DNA of 64,000 nt. Origin: Melioribacteraceae bacterium (GTDB lineage: Bacteria > Bacteroidota > Ignavibacteria > Ignavibacteriales > Melioribacteraceae). Below, one piece after another: positions 46,888 to 57,608 of the stretch. The notes beneath the pieces are model-generated. The model was given only the letters and a program-made list of their open reading frames with translations. It had not been told where the DNA came from and made no database searches. Made by a program: the position numbers and the translations under genes. Within the stretch, counting starts at the first letter, position 1. Each line of letters begins with the position of its first letter. Location: positions 189,484 to 253,483 of the forward strand of contig DAIMZL010000001.1 of NCBI GenBank assembly GCA_036733965.1, given 5' to 3'.

Positions 46888-47642
46888 CTTATTAATTCAA
46901 CTGTAATGTTTCCCAGTAAAACGCTTAATTTAGCATATACCGGAATTTTATATTTATCTTTTGTAAACCAACCTTCAAAATCTCCCGTTAATCCAAAAAC
47001 ACCTGTGAAATCTGCTTTTCCGTTTAATTTTGTAGTAGCAATATCATAATTCACGGCATCAATTTTGGTTCTTTCTTCTTTATCAAAAAAGTTAATATAT
47101 GTTTTTACTTTTTGTTCATTAATAAAACAGTGAACAGTTTCAGAATGCTTATATCCTGATTTAACTCGAGCATAATAAAATAAGGATAATCCGTCATTAA
47201 AGTTGTGATCTAAATCACAAGTTGAGTCAGTTTCAACCAAATAAGGCTTTAATGTGCCTCTTTTTACAAATATTTTTTTGTTCTTATAATCAAACCTATG
47301 TTCGGTAAACCTAAAATATTCCTTAGTGCGATGAGTAGCTTTAAATAAATTACTATAATTTTTAGAATTAAAATAACTTTCATATACTTCGTGTAAATCA
47401 ACAAAAGGCAACGATTCATCGCTATTAATATAAACCATTGTTCTATATACAACTTCATTATCTATTACTTTCTTTTCAAGAACTTTAAACTTTAGTTCAC
47501 CCAGCTTTATAAAAGTATATTTTACTGAATATGTTAGTTCTTCGCCTACTTCCCACTCATAATTACTCTGAGCTTTAATTGAAGAAATAAACAATAAGAT
47601 GAGTATTGTTGTTTTTATAAAAATCTTATTTTTAATTAACAT
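46848..47642 (-). CDS. DUF3108-like secreted protein
   Basis: Signal peptide and the GEELTYSVKY..IKLGELKF pattern typical of DUF3108. Confidence 0.5.
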   Translation of the reverse strand: MLIKNKIFIKTTILILLFISSIKAQSNYEWEVGEELTYSVKYTFIKLGELKFKVLEKKVIDNEVVYRTMVYINSDESLPFVDLHEVYESYFNSKNYSNLFKATHRTKEYFRFTEHRFDYKNKKIFVKRGTLKPYLVETDSTCDLDHNFNDGLSLFYYARVKSGYKHSETVHCFINEQKVKTYINFFDKEERTKIDAVNYDIATTKLNGKADFTGVFGLTGDFEGWFTKDKYKIPVYAKLSVLLGNITVELISWRKKDWNPPKYN

Positions 47643-47643
47643 T

Positions 47644-49206
47644 TTAATTCTTTTTCACTACCCTGTTTATATCTATAGAAAAATAATTTAAGGCTTGCAA
47701 AATTTCTTCATCAGTTTTAATGAATAAATAATATCTTCCGTTCTTACCCCAAAACTTGTTTGCAATTTCAGATTTTATTTTGGCAATAATTAGTGATTTA
47801 TCTTTATTAATTTCATCAATTTTAATATTTGGTTCAATTGTTTTTGCATATATAATAAAATTATTAAACATTTTCTCGGTAAAAATGAATTCACTATTAA
47901 ATGTTCTATAATTATACTTTTTCTTGTCTAATTTTTCAATCTCACCGTTTTCTGCAATAAATCTATTAAAAACATTATTTCGCAATAGCAAACCAAGTGA
48001 TTCGGTATATTCAGGTTCTTTTAATAAAAAGTCCGGATGTATCCCGCCGCCATCATAAACTTTGCGCCCCTTTTTTGTGAATTTGTAATTAGTTGTCGTA
48101 TCATTTTTATTGATTTCGGAAATAGAGTAATAGTTGCTAATATTGTCGTATTTTCGCTGTATTAACCTTCCTGAGGGTGTAAAATACTTTGCTAAAGTTA
48201 ATCGAAATTCCGATCTATCATCTAATATAAAAGATTGTTGTACCAAACCTTTTCCAAAAGTGTTTTGACCGACAATCCATCCTCTATCCCAGTCTTGTAT
48301 TGCTCCTGCAACAATTTCGCTTGCAGAAGCAGAACCATTATCAACTAAGACTATAATTGGCAATTTATCCGATTTATCTGTATCGGTTGAATAAAAATCC
48401 TGATTATACGATTTTTTTCTTGCTTTAATTGAAACAATTAGCTTATTTGGCGACAAAAATAAATCTGCTACTTTAACAGCTTGTTCTAAATAACCGCCTG
48501 GATTATTTCTAAGATCTAATAATATTTTTTTTGCTCCTTGTTTTATAAGCAAATTTACAGTAGATCTCATTTCCACATAAGTATTTTCTGAAAATCTGAC
48601 CAACTTTATATATCCTATGCTATCTGAAATTACAGTTGAAAAATCAACAGGATGCAATATTATTTCCGCTCTGTTAAGAGTAAAATTTATCGGCTTTTTT
48701 ACATTATTACGAACTATGGTTAGCACAACTTTCGAGCCTTCGTCACCTCTCAATAAACTTATTATTTTTTCTGTTTTCAATGAAATAATATTTCTGTTGT
48801 CAACCATTATTATTTTATCACCGCTTTGTACTCCGACTTTGTCGGAAGGACCGGATGGAACAACAGACATTACATTTAATGTATCGTTTATTAAGGAAAA
48901 TTCAATTCCAATCCCCACAAATTTTCCGCTCATTTCTTCTGCATAACTTTCATATTCTTCAGAATTTAAATATCCTGAATGAGGATCTAATTTTTTTAGA
49001 ACGCCTTCTATGGCGCTATTGGTAAGAGTATCCAAGTTTACTTTATCTACATAATACTCGTTTGTCAATTTTATTATATCCGATATTTTAGTCGCAGCTT
49101 TATTAACTTCTGGATTAATAAAATGATTAAGAATAAAATTTAAGTAATACCCTATTAAAAGAGCAATAATAAACAGTAATATTTTACTGCCGAAGATATT
49201 TCTCAT
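47644..49206 (-). CDS. S41-family C-terminal processing peptidase with PDZ domain
   Basis: PDZ (GIGIEF...PSGPSDKVGVQSGDKII), catalytic Ser (NGSASASEIVAGA) and Lys (TFGKGLVQ). Confidence 0.85.
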   Translation of the reverse strand: MRNIFGSKILLFIIALLIGYYLNFILNHFINPEVNKAATKISDIIKLTNEYYVDKVNLDTLTNSAIEGVLKKLDPHSGYLNSEEYESYAEEMSGKFVGIGIEFSLINDTLNVMSVVPSGPSDKVGVQSGDKIIMVDNRNIISLKTEKIISLLRGDEGSKVVLTIVRNNVKKPINFTLNRAEIILHPVDFSTVISDSIGYIKLVRFSENTYVEMRSTVNLLIKQGAKKILLDLRNNPGGYLEQAVKVADLFLSPNKLIVSIKARKKSYNQDFYSTDTDKSDKLPIIVLVDNGSASASEIVAGAIQDWDRGWIVGQNTFGKGLVQQSFILDDRSEFRLTLAKYFTPSGRLIQRKYDNISNYYSISEINKNDTTTNYKFTKKGRKVYDGGGIHPDFLLKEPEYTESLGLLLRNNVFNRFIAENGEIEKLDKKKYNYRTFNSEFIFTEKMFNNFIIYAKTIEPNIKIDEINKDKSLIIAKIKSEIANKFWGKNGRYYLFIKTDEEILQALNYFSIDINRVVKKN

Positions 49207-50855
49207 TATATTTTAAGTTTAATATTTAAGATTAGTGTAGATTCATTAGTAGAAGTATGTGGAGATTTTTCATTCTCAAAATAATAATACAGACTAATAA
49301 AGTTATTACGTATAAATTCATATTTACCTTCAAACAAAACATTAAAACTTTTAATTAGCAAACCGTCTAAAAACTTTACTTGTTCACTATCAAAAGGTCT
49401 GTGTCCTTCTTTTACGGAACCGCCATAATTAGTTACCAATGTTCCTTTTTCATCATATAAATTGCTCCCGTGCTCCTTATACCCTGCTTGAAATAAAAAA
49501 CTAACTCTTGGAGTAAAATAATAATAAAATTTTACATTAAATAATTGACTATTAGGTTCAATATTATCATTTATCAAATAATTTAATGATGTAAAATTAT
49601 TATAAGGAATTCTATGTGTAAATACAAAAGGCTCAATTCTTAAATACTGTACTGCTAAACCACCCGAAAAATTATTAATCTTTGGAGTAATATTTATTCC
49701 GATATCCCATAGAGTTTGATTTCCGTACCATTTTTTTCCTAATTTACTAAAATCGATATCATCAATAAATAATGTTAAATAAGGACTAAACCCGGACAAT
49801 GTATTATTTGAAATATCTATAAAAAGTGATGAGTTATCTCTATCTTGATTAATATGTTCAATACTCTTATAAAAGTTGAAAGGATTTAAATAACTTAAAT
49901 CAACGCTCCTATTCCCGTATATAATAAATTCACCAAGACCTAATTTGAAGTGTTTTGAAAAATTAATTTCGAAGCGATGATAGACCAAGTACTTATCTTG
50001 CAAACTATGAATTTCACCCCATAGCGAATCGGCGTAAACGTTAGGAGAGGATAGTAATTTACCATGCAGATAAGAAAAATTAAATATAGAATAATTTATA
50101 TTAAATTTAAAGTAATCTATAGGCGGAGCATTATTACCTAAAAAAGGTTTGTAAATACCTTGTCCGAGAATTATTCTATCCCGACCGAGTTTAAAATTAT
50201 AATTTCTTTTTTCAAAGAATAAATATCCTTCGGTCTCATCAAAAAAAGAATTAGCTCCTTCATAATTAGGATTTAAATTGGCTTTATAATTATATTTTAA
50301 ACTCCCGTAATTTAAAGCAGTATTTTTATCACCTTTATAAGTACCGTTAGTACCTTTTAAATAAAAACCAAGTTCGTTAAATAAATAACCTTTAACTTCA
50401 CCACCGAATGTAAAGATTGAAGCCATTTTCTCTTTTTTGATAATTGTAGAGTTATAGGCAGCAAAATTTATAAAAAAGCCGTTTTTTGAAGAATCTACAT
50501 AACTATATATTGATTTATTAGATTGGTAATAATCTTCAGCAAATTTGTTGTTTAATATAGATGAATAACTTAAATCTGTACCGTTAAATAAATAATCAAA
50601 TTCAAAAACTAAGTCATTTAATATTTCATGATCAACATCTGAAAGTTTTTCTTTATTATTTATTATTTCAATTAAATATTGCTTTATTTGGGTATTGGTT
50701 TTAGGAATTTCAAAGCCGTTATAATTATCTATAAATCCTAAAGTGTTCATTCTTTCTAAAAAAGGATATATTTTATGTTCGACATCTATATAACCGGATT
50801 GGGCTACAATAAAGGAATTTAGCAATAAAAGTATCGAGATAATATATCTTTTCAT
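49206..50855 (-). CDS. Predicted outer-membrane beta-barrel protein (possibly Wzi-like capsule-assembly family)
   Basis: Signal peptide, N-terminal helical YPFLERM segment, then alternating aromatic/Gly-rich beta-strand-like sequence. The family assignment is tentative. Confidence 0.4.
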   Translation of the reverse strand: MKRYIISILLLLNSFIVAQSGYIDVEHKIYPFLERMNTLGFIDNYNGFEIPKTNTQIKQYLIEIINNKEKLSDVDHEILNDLVFEFDYLFNGTDLSYSSILNNKFAEDYYQSNKSIYSYVDSSKNGFFINFAAYNSTIIKKEKMASIFTFGGEVKGYLFNELGFYLKGTNGTYKGDKNTALNYGSLKYNYKANLNPNYEGANSFFDETEGYLFFEKRNYNFKLGRDRIILGQGIYKPFLGNNAPPIDYFKFNINYSIFNFSYLHGKLLSSPNVYADSLWGEIHSLQDKYLVYHRFEINFSKHFKLGLGEFIIYGNRSVDLSYLNPFNFYKSIEHINQDRDNSSLFIDISNNTLSGFSPYLTLFIDDIDFSKLGKKWYGNQTLWDIGINITPKINNFSGGLAVQYLRIEPFVFTHRIPYNNFTSLNYLINDNIEPNSQLFNVKFYYYFTPRVSFLFQAGYKEHGSNLYDEKGTLVTNYGGSVKEGHRPFDSEQVKFLDGLLIKSFNVLFEGKYEFIRNNFISLYYYFENEKSPHTSTNESTLILNIKLKI

Positions 50856-51610
50856 TATCTTATTTCGTCCCAGATTCTTGATTTAGATTTTTTTAATAAA
50901 ACTACATAAATACTGTTAATTAACCAAGTAAAAAGTAGTTTAAAATGTCCGACCTTTCTGTATCTTCTTGGTGATTCGTAAATAATTGTTTTTCTATCAA
51001 AAAAAATATTCCCTAATTTTCTAACTCTTTTAAAAAATTCAAAATCTTCACCTGCAATAATGGTTTCGTCATATCCGTTTAATCTATCAAAAATATCTGA
51101 TCGTAAAACATTACATTCGCCTCTACCCATTCCGACACCGATAATATTAAGAGAATGAAAATAATTATTATAAAATGTTTGAAAGACTCTATCAATAAAT
51201 TTAGTTTCTTCAGGAAAAACCTCAACTTTGCATGTATATGCTATATATTTGCCATTTAACACTTTAGACTTAATAATTGAAAATAAATTTTCCGGGTTTT
51301 TAATTCTTGAGTCGCCGCTTAAAAATATTAATATTTTTCCTTCAGCAACTTCTCTTCCCCTATTTCTACCCATTGCAATATTTTGTCTGAAATCTTTATC
51401 ATGAATTACTACTTTATCAGCCATTTCTTTTGCAATTAAAATTGTATTATCCGAACTTCCGCCGTCAGATACGATAACTTCGTAATCATATTTAGATTTT
51501 AAATTATTCTGTTTAAGTTGTTTTAGAATATTCGGTAAAAGACGCTCTTCATTTAAAGTGGGAATAATAATACTAAAATCCAAAAATACCTCATTAATAA
51601 CAGAAAACAA
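50855..51610 (-). CDS. Family 2 glycosyltransferase
   Basis: SIIIPTLNEE, SDGGSSD and a downstream ED/xED-like AGEDFEF motif. Confidence 0.75.
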   Translation of the reverse strand: MFSVINEVFLDFSIIIPTLNEERLLPNILKQLKQNNLKSKYDYEVIVSDGGSSDNTILIAKEMADKVVIHDKDFRQNIAMGRNRGREVAEGKILIFLSGDSRIKNPENLFSIIKSKVLNGKYIAYTCKVEVFPEETKFIDRVFQTFYNNYFHSLNIIGVGMGRGECNVLRSDIFDRLNGYDETIIAGEDFEFFKRVRKLGNIFFDRKTIIYESPRRYRKVGHFKLLFTWLINSIYVVLLKKSKSRIWDEIR

Positions 51611-52538
51611 TAAACGCTGCTTTAGGAGAAATTTTTATACCCGGCAGCGGAAAGTGAAAATAATTTAGTGTATTTTTTACAAATTGTCCAAATTTTCCCG
51701 GAATCGGAATAGCTTGCCAATCTAAATCCAAACCAATAAATATTTCTCTTGTACCTCCTCCGCTTCCGTCTAAATCTTTAACACCCATTCCTGCAGATAA
51801 CATTAAAAAAGACGGCCAATATTTAGAAATAGATTTTGGTAAAATTTCTTTCATTCTTAAGCTTAGCCAATATTTTTGCCCTTCATAATCATCACTTATA
51901 TTTCCGTCTCTGTGTTTTCCGTTTCTATAATCTTCTGACGGAAAATAACTAACACGGACTTGATAATTACGAACAGCCGGAAAATAATACTTGGATAAAT
52001 GGTATGCTGCACCTAAAAAATCGGCAGCAAAATCACCCGGGCTAAAACCCCACTGAGCTCCGTACCCGTCTTCTATCTCAACAAATGTTTGAAATAAAAA
52101 TGCACCGGTTGCCGAAATAATTGCGGTTTCTTCAGGAGGTATATTGGCTGCATCTAAAGCGGCTGATAATCCGTGAGCTTCTATTGTAGTTCCGTAAAAA
52201 TGCCCTATTTTATCAATCCATAAGGCATAATTCCAGTCGTTCATAATTCTAAACGTAGAAGATCTATCATCTTTCCACCATGCGTTATAATTATATAAAT
52301 GTACAGAAACACCAATTCCTAAAGCAATTCCGCTTACGCCTAATAAAATTGGTGTATTAATATCGTCGCCGTAAGGTCTAAACTTATATATAGTATTCAA
52401 TTCGGATATTGGTAATGCTGAATCTGATGAATCAATAGCAATATTAATTTTTACACTATCCGAATTACTCTCTATTTGGGCATAAATGTTATTTATGCCC
52501 GTTACAAAAATTATTGCAAGGATAATTAGTTTTCGCAT
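51594..52538 (-). CDS. Secreted hypothetical protein (DUF2279-like?)
   Basis: Signal peptide and a DKIGHFYG motif. The family call is uncertain. Confidence 0.35.
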   Translation of the reverse strand: MRKLIILAIIFVTGINNIYAQIESNSDSVKINIAIDSSDSALPISELNTIYKFRPYGDDINTPILLGVSGIALGIGVSVHLYNYNAWWKDDRSSTFRIMNDWNYALWIDKIGHFYGTTIEAHGLSAALDAANIPPEETAIISATGAFLFQTFVEIEDGYGAQWGFSPGDFAADFLGAAYHLSKYYFPAVRNYQVRVSYFPSEDYRNGKHRDGNISDDYEGQKYWLSLRMKEILPKSISKYWPSFLMLSAGMGVKDLDGSGGGTREIFIGLDLDWQAIPIPGKFGQFVKNTLNYFHFPLPGIKISPKAAFIVFCY

Positions 52539-52542
52539 TAAA

Positions 52543-54048
52543 CTATTTTTCCGGTCTCATTAAAGGAAATAAAATGACATCCCTAATAGAAGGTTGATTA
52601 GTTAATAACATAGTCAATCTATCAATTCCTATTCCTAATCCTGCTGTGGGAGGCATACCGTATTCTAAAGCTTTTATAAAATCTTCATCAATCTGTTGAG
52701 CTTCGTCATCCCCTTCGGCTCTTGCTTTAGCTTGTGATTCGAATCTTTCTTTTTGATCAATAGGATCGTTTAATTCACTAAATGCATTGCATATTTCTCT
52801 GCCTAATACAAATCCTTCAAAACGTTCTACAATTCCTTCCTTAGATCTGTGTTTTTTAGCGAGCGGCGAAATTTCTAACGGGTAATCTATAACAAATGTA
52901 GGTTGAATTAATTCCGGTTGAATTGTTGCTTCAAATAATTCATCAATTAATTTTCCTTTGCTTTCTTTACCGCTAAGTTTAACGTGTTGCTTTTCACATT
53001 CTTTAATAAGTTCTTCTTTTGAACAATTTAGAATATCGAGTCCGGTTCTATTCTTTAATTCATCAACCATTGAAACTCGTTTCCAAGGACCTTTAAAGTC
53101 TATTTCGTATTCGTCAATTTTAAATTTTGTTGAATTGTTTATTTTAATTGCAATATGTTCAACCATAGATTCAACTAAATTCATCATCCATTCGTAGTCT
53201 TTATATGCAACATACAATTCCATCATTGTAAATTCAGGATTGTGTGTTTTGTCCATACCTTCATTTCTAAAGTCTTTTGAAATTTCATATACACCGGTAA
53301 AGCCGCCTACCAATAATCTTTTTAAATATAATTCGTCTGCTATTCTAAGATATAACTCCATATCTAATGTGTTATGGTGAGTTATAAAAGGTCTTGCGGA
53401 AGCACCACCGTACAACGGTTGTAAAACCGGAGTTTCAACCTCAAGATATCCTTTTGAATCTAAAAAACTTCTCATCGATGAAATAATTCTGCTTCTTTTT
53501 ACAAAAACATCTCGAATTTCGCTGTTAACAAATAAATCTACATATCTTTGTCTGTATCTTAGTTCTTTGTCTGCAAATTGATCAAAGATTGTTTTGTTTC
53601 CTGCTTCATCAACAATCTCTTTAGCAATAGGAATTGGGTTTAATGTTTTAGCCAATAATTCAAGCTTTTTTGTATGAACAGATATTTCACCGGTTTTTGT
53701 TTTAAAAACAAAACCTTCAACACCAATTATATCACCTATATCCAGCAATTTAAACAAATCGTATTTTTCATTTATATCATCTTTTTTAAGATATATCTGA
53801 ATTTTTCCTTTATCATCTAATATATGTGCAAAAGAAGCTTTTCCCATTCTTCTAATTGCCATAATTCTACCGGCAATTTTAACGTCCTTTCCTTCCAATA
53901 AGTCATAATTTTCTTTTATATCTGTACTTTTGTTATCAACATCAAAACTATAAGCAAAAGGATTTATTCCCATTTTTTTAATTTCTTCTAATTCCTCAAA
54001 CCTTCTTTTTGTAAGAATGTTCATTTCTTCGTTAAATGTGTTTTCCAT
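52543..54048 (-). CDS. lysS: Lysine--tRNA ligase (class II)
   Basis: OB anticodon-binding domain plus class II motifs (FRNEG, GLGIGIDRL). Confidence 0.95.
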   Translation of the reverse strand: MENTFNEEMNILTKRRFEELEEIKKMGINPFAYSFDVDNKSTDIKENYDLLEGKDVKIAGRIMAIRRMGKASFAHILDDKGKIQIYLKKDDINEKYDLFKLLDIGDIIGVEGFVFKTKTGEISVHTKKLELLAKTLNPIPIAKEIVDEAGNKTIFDQFADKELRYRQRYVDLFVNSEIRDVFVKRSRIISSMRSFLDSKGYLEVETPVLQPLYGGASARPFITHHNTLDMELYLRIADELYLKRLLVGGFTGVYEISKDFRNEGMDKTHNPEFTMMELYVAYKDYEWMMNLVESMVEHIAIKINNSTKFKIDEYEIDFKGPWKRVSMVDELKNRTGLDILNCSKEELIKECEKQHVKLSGKESKGKLIDELFEATIQPELIQPTFVIDYPLEISPLAKKHRSKEGIVERFEGFVLGREICNAFSELNDPIDQKERFESQAKARAEGDDEAQQIDEDFIKALEYGMPPTAGLGIGIDRLTMLLTNQPSIRDVILFPLMRPEK

Positions 54049-54062
54049 TTTTACTCCTAAAG

Positions 54063-55568
54063 CTATTTTCTTGAAAAATTTATTAATCGTACAAGTGCCG
54101 TATCTTGTATATATTGTGCAAAAGAAGACGGTACAAGGTAGTTGTTTGCTATTATCGAAAATACAATCGGCTCATCTTCAATTGTTGTTAAATATCCGGA
54201 AATTGCCGATACACTATTTAATAATCCCGGTTTTCCCCTAACATTATTTTCTGCAACTGTGTTTTTCATCCTATTTTGAAGTGTACCGTCTCTACCGGCA
54301 ATAGGAAATGAATTATAAAAATTTTTATAACCCGAACTTTTATACATATAACTTAACAAGTTTACAATTTGTTTTGGTGTTACTAAATTTAACCTGCTTA
54401 AACCCGAACCGTCACTTAGCAGTAGATTATCAATATTTATTCCCATTTTTTCAAAAACTTTTCTTGTCGCTTTTACACCGTTTTCAATACTTCCGTAATT
54501 ATTTATCTCTAATCCTATCGTTTTAATCAGTTGTTCTGAGTAAAAATTATTGCTGTTTTTATTAATTTCTTTAACAATTTCTTTTAATTGAACAGACTTA
54601 TGCTCAAACAATTTTGTGGTTTCTGAATAATCAATTGCATGGGCTTCTTTATCGGCATCAATTGCATAACCTTCTAAAACTATATCGTGTTTTTTTAACA
54701 CACTTTCAAATACGCTAACAAAGTACTCAGTTGGGTCTTCCACTGCAATATATTCGGTTTTGGGTATATCGGTTTCTCCGATATTTCCTTTTATAGTAAT
54801 AACATCATTTTTTCTGTTTTTTATAATCTGAATACTATTTTTATCGGAGTTTTCGGAAGTTAGTACTTTATTAATAAAATATAAGTTCTTTACGTTGGGT
54901 TCAATCGTAACCGAAGCAGGTAGATCTTTGGACGTAGGTTTTATGTAAATATTAATAACATTGTTATTAAAACTTAAAGCACCTGAAGGGGCTGCGAACC
55001 AAGCATACTCGTAATCACGCATCCAACCTGTACCATAACCTTTCTCATCAAATCCGTCATCATCACCAAGTAAATTTCCGGCTATTCTAAAAATACCTTT
55101 ACTTTTTAAGCTATCGCACCAAGCCGAAAAAATTGTATCAACATCACCGGCTATGTACCTATTAGAAATTGTAGGGTCACCTGAACCTTGTATAATTAAA
55201 TTACCATACAAAGTTCCTTTGTAAATTTCGCCTTCTGCGTAAAATCTTGTTTTATATCGGTAGTTTTCTCCCAAAAGCAATAGAGCAGCTGACGTTGTAA
55301 ATAATTTCACGTCACTTGCAGGAATAAAAAATTTATCTGCATTTCGTTTATATAATATTTCTCCGGTTTTTAGGGATTTAATTAAAACACCCCAGCTTGC
55401 TCCGGAAAAATTACTGTCGTTAAAAAGATCGTCTAAATGATTCCTTAATTCGGCAGTGGCATTAATATTAATTTTTGGTGCAGAAGTGTTTACCGAGTCT
55501 TTATGTTGGGCAACAATTACCGAACATAAAAAAAATAATGTTAAAACAAAACCTCTATTAATAACCAT
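54063..55568 (-). CDS. dacB: D-alanyl-D-alanine carboxypeptidase/endopeptidase (PBP4, S13 family)
   Basis: SxxK (PASDVKLFT) and SDGSGLSRLN motifs. Signal peptide. Confidence 0.8.
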   Translation of the reverse strand: MVINRGFVLTLFFLCSVIVAQHKDSVNTSAPKININATAELRNHLDDLFNDSNFSGASWGVLIKSLKTGEILYKRNADKFFIPASDVKLFTTSAALLLLGENYRYKTRFYAEGEIYKGTLYGNLIIQGSGDPTISNRYIAGDVDTIFSAWCDSLKSKGIFRIAGNLLGDDDGFDEKGYGTGWMRDYEYAWFAAPSGALSFNNNVINIYIKPTSKDLPASVTIEPNVKNLYFINKVLTSENSDKNSIQIIKNRKNDVITIKGNIGETDIPKTEYIAVEDPTEYFVSVFESVLKKHDIVLEGYAIDADKEAHAIDYSETTKLFEHKSVQLKEIVKEINKNSNNFYSEQLIKTIGLEINNYGSIENGVKATRKVFEKMGINIDNLLLSDGSGLSRLNLVTPKQIVNLLSYMYKSSGYKNFYNSFPIAGRDGTLQNRMKNTVAENNVRGKPGLLNSVSAISGYLTTIEDEPIVFSIIANNYLVPSSFAQYIQDTALVRLINFSRK

Positions 55569-56292
55569 GTTCCTTTTTTATGTTTTGAATTAATTTATCA
55601 TCAATCTTTAAATAAGTGCCTTCTTTAATATCGGGTAAAATAAACATTCCAAATCTAATTCTTTGTAACTGTTGAACATGATAACCAAGTGCCTTAAACA
55701 TTTCTTTTACAAAATGATATCTACCTTCGGTAGTTACTACATTAAAAATTCTATTTGATTTTTTTGCTTTTGAATATAATTTTTTAAAAGTACTTCTCTT
55801 TTTATCAAGGTAAACACCGGATAATAATTTTTCTTTATCATGGTCTAACAAATCTCTATCTAATTTTACAACATATTCTCTTTCAATATCGTGTTTTGGG
55901 TGCATAAAAATATTTGCAAAATTACCGTCATTTGTTAAAATCAATAATCCAGTAGTATCACGATCTAATCTACCTACCGGAAAAATTCTTTTATCGGTTT
56001 TTATTAAATCAATTACTATTGGTCTATTTTTTTCATCAGATCTACTTGTTATATATCCTTTTGGTTTATTTAATAAAAAATAAACTTTTTTTTCTTCTTT
56101 TACTTTTTCACCGTCAACAGAAACTACATCAATTTCCGTATCTATTTTTGCCGATAAATCTAATACGGTATTTCCGTTAACTTCAACTCTTCCCGTTGTT
56201 ATTAATTCTTCAACTTTGCGTCTGCTATCAATTCCTGCATCGGCAAGAAATTTATTCAATCGAATCAGATTCGGATTCTTCGTTTGTTTCAT
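55558..56292 (-). CDS. rluB: RluB/RsuA-family pseudouridine synthase
   Basis: S4 domain (RLNKFLADAGIDSRRK) and catalytic GRLDRDTTGLL. Confidence 0.85.
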   Translation of the reverse strand: MKQTKNPNLIRLNKFLADAGIDSRRKVEELITTGRVEVNGNTVLDLSAKIDTEIDVVSVDGEKVKEEKKVYFLLNKPKGYITSRSDEKNRPIVIDLIKTDKRIFPVGRLDRDTTGLLILTNDGNFANIFMHPKHDIEREYVVKLDRDLLDHDKEKLLSGVYLDKKRSTFKKLYSKAKKSNRIFNVVTTEGRYHFVKEMFKALGYHVQQLQRIRFGMFILPDIKEGTYLKIDDKLIQNIKKEHGY

Positions 56293-56896
56293 TTTCGGCT
56301 ATCTCTTCTATTTGGTTCATTAAAAGTTTTCGTTTTTGTTCTTGAAAATCTGCATCTTGCATAATTTCTTCAATTTCTCTTGGTTTAGGTAAGTCAGATA
56401 GTTTATTTAAACCAAAATAAATTAAAAAAGTATCGGTCGTTACATAAAGCAATGGTCTTCCTATTGTTTCTGCTCTTCCTTTTATCGTGATTAAGTTTTT
56501 TTCGAGTAGCGTATTTATCATATAATCTGAGTTTACGCCTCTTATAGCTTCAATCTCCGGTTTAGTGATTGGTTGTTTATATGCAATAATTGCAAGTGTT
56601 TCTAATGCAGCTTGACTTAATCTTCTGCTACTCTTTTCAGAAGATAGATATCCGACATATTTTGCATATTCCGGTTTAGTTGCAAATAAAAATCCGTTTG
56701 AGACTCGTAAAATATTTATAGAAATTTCTTGTGTTTTATATTTTTCATTTAAGTTATCAACAGCAAATTCAATTTCTTCATCTTTAATATCTTCGCCGTC
56801 AATTTCTTTAATAGCTTTTGCAATTTCACTTGTAGTCAAAGGTTCTTCTGCAGAAAAAATTAACGCTTCAATTATCGGTAAATATATATTATCCAT
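56252..56896 (-). CDS. scpB: Segregation and condensation protein B
   Basis: IIEALIFSAEEPL N-terminus, the wHTH pair and position after scpA. Confidence 0.85.
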   Translation of the reverse strand: MDNIYLPIIEALIFSAEEPLTTSEIAKAIKEIDGEDIKDEEIEFAVDNLNEKYKTQEISINILRVSNGFLFATKPEYAKYVGYLSSEKSSRRLSQAALETLAIIAYKQPITKPEIEAIRGVNSDYMINTLLEKNLITIKGRAETIGRPLLYVTTDTFLIYFGLNKLSDLPKPREIEEIMQDADFQEQKRKLLMNQIEEIAENETNEESESDSIE

Positions 56897-57608
56897 CTGC
56901 CAAACCGTAAATTATAAAATCATTAAAGTTGGGAGATTCTTTTAATCCTATTTTACCTGCTTTTATTAATTCAAGCATGGCAATAAATGTAACAATTATT
57001 CTTATTTTTTCATGCATTTCTTTTACCAATTCAATAAAGTTTAGTTGTTTTGCAGCTTGAACCTTATCGAGTATATAATCAATTTGTTCATCAATTGATA
57101 CATTTAGCTTCTTTATTTGATGAACAATTTCTTTGGGACGCTCCATTAATACTTGTTTAAATGCTTTCATTAAGTCATATAAAGTAATATTTTTTAATAA
57201 CTTTTGCATATCTGTATAAGTCTCTCTTTCGTCGTACTCGTAGTTTCCTCTATATGCTAACTTGCGTTGATCAGATTCAAAGAAAGAAAGTTCTTCAGAC
57301 ATTTCTTTATATCTTTTATACTCTAATAATGCATTTACCAAATCTGCACGAGGGTCAATTTCTTCACCCGCTTCATCCTTCTCCCGCGGTAATAGCATCT
57401 TAACTTTTATTTGCATTAATGTTGAAGCCATAAGTATAAAATCACCCGCAACCTCTAAATCCAGTTGTTTTATTAAAGCTATGTATTCCATAAAATCTTT
57501 TGTGATTTTTGAAATAGGAATATCGTAAATATCCAATTCATCTCTTTTAATAAAAAACAACAGTAGGTCCAACGGACCTTCAAAGTGGGGTAAAATAATT
57601 TTATACAA
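56889..57608 (-). CDS. scpA: Segregation and condensation protein A (kleisin)
   Basis: FEGPLDLLLFFIKRDELDIYDIPISKIT N-terminal kleisin motif. Confidence 0.85.
   Translation of the reverse strand: MYKIILPHFEGPLDLLLFFIKRDELDIYDIPISKITKDFMEYIALIKQLDLEVAGDFILMASTLMQIKVKMLLPREKDEAGEEIDPRADLVNALLEYKRYKEMSEELSFFESDQRKLAYRGNYEYDERETYTDMQKLLKNITLYDLMKAFKQVLMERPKEIVHQIKKLNVSIDEQIDYILDKVQAAKQLNFIELVKEMHEKIRIIVTFIAMLELIKAGKIGLKESPNFNDFIIYGLADG

Noticed and set aside
32978-57608. Apparent enrichment of chromosome-maintenance genes (xerC, topA, smg, scpA, scpB) near the dif-like site as a terminus island
   Set aside because: Each sits in its own well-known conserved micro-synteny (xerC-hpf, smg-topA, scpA-scpB-rluB), interleaved with unrelated housekeeping genes. 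Clustering cannot be distinguished from chance in one window.
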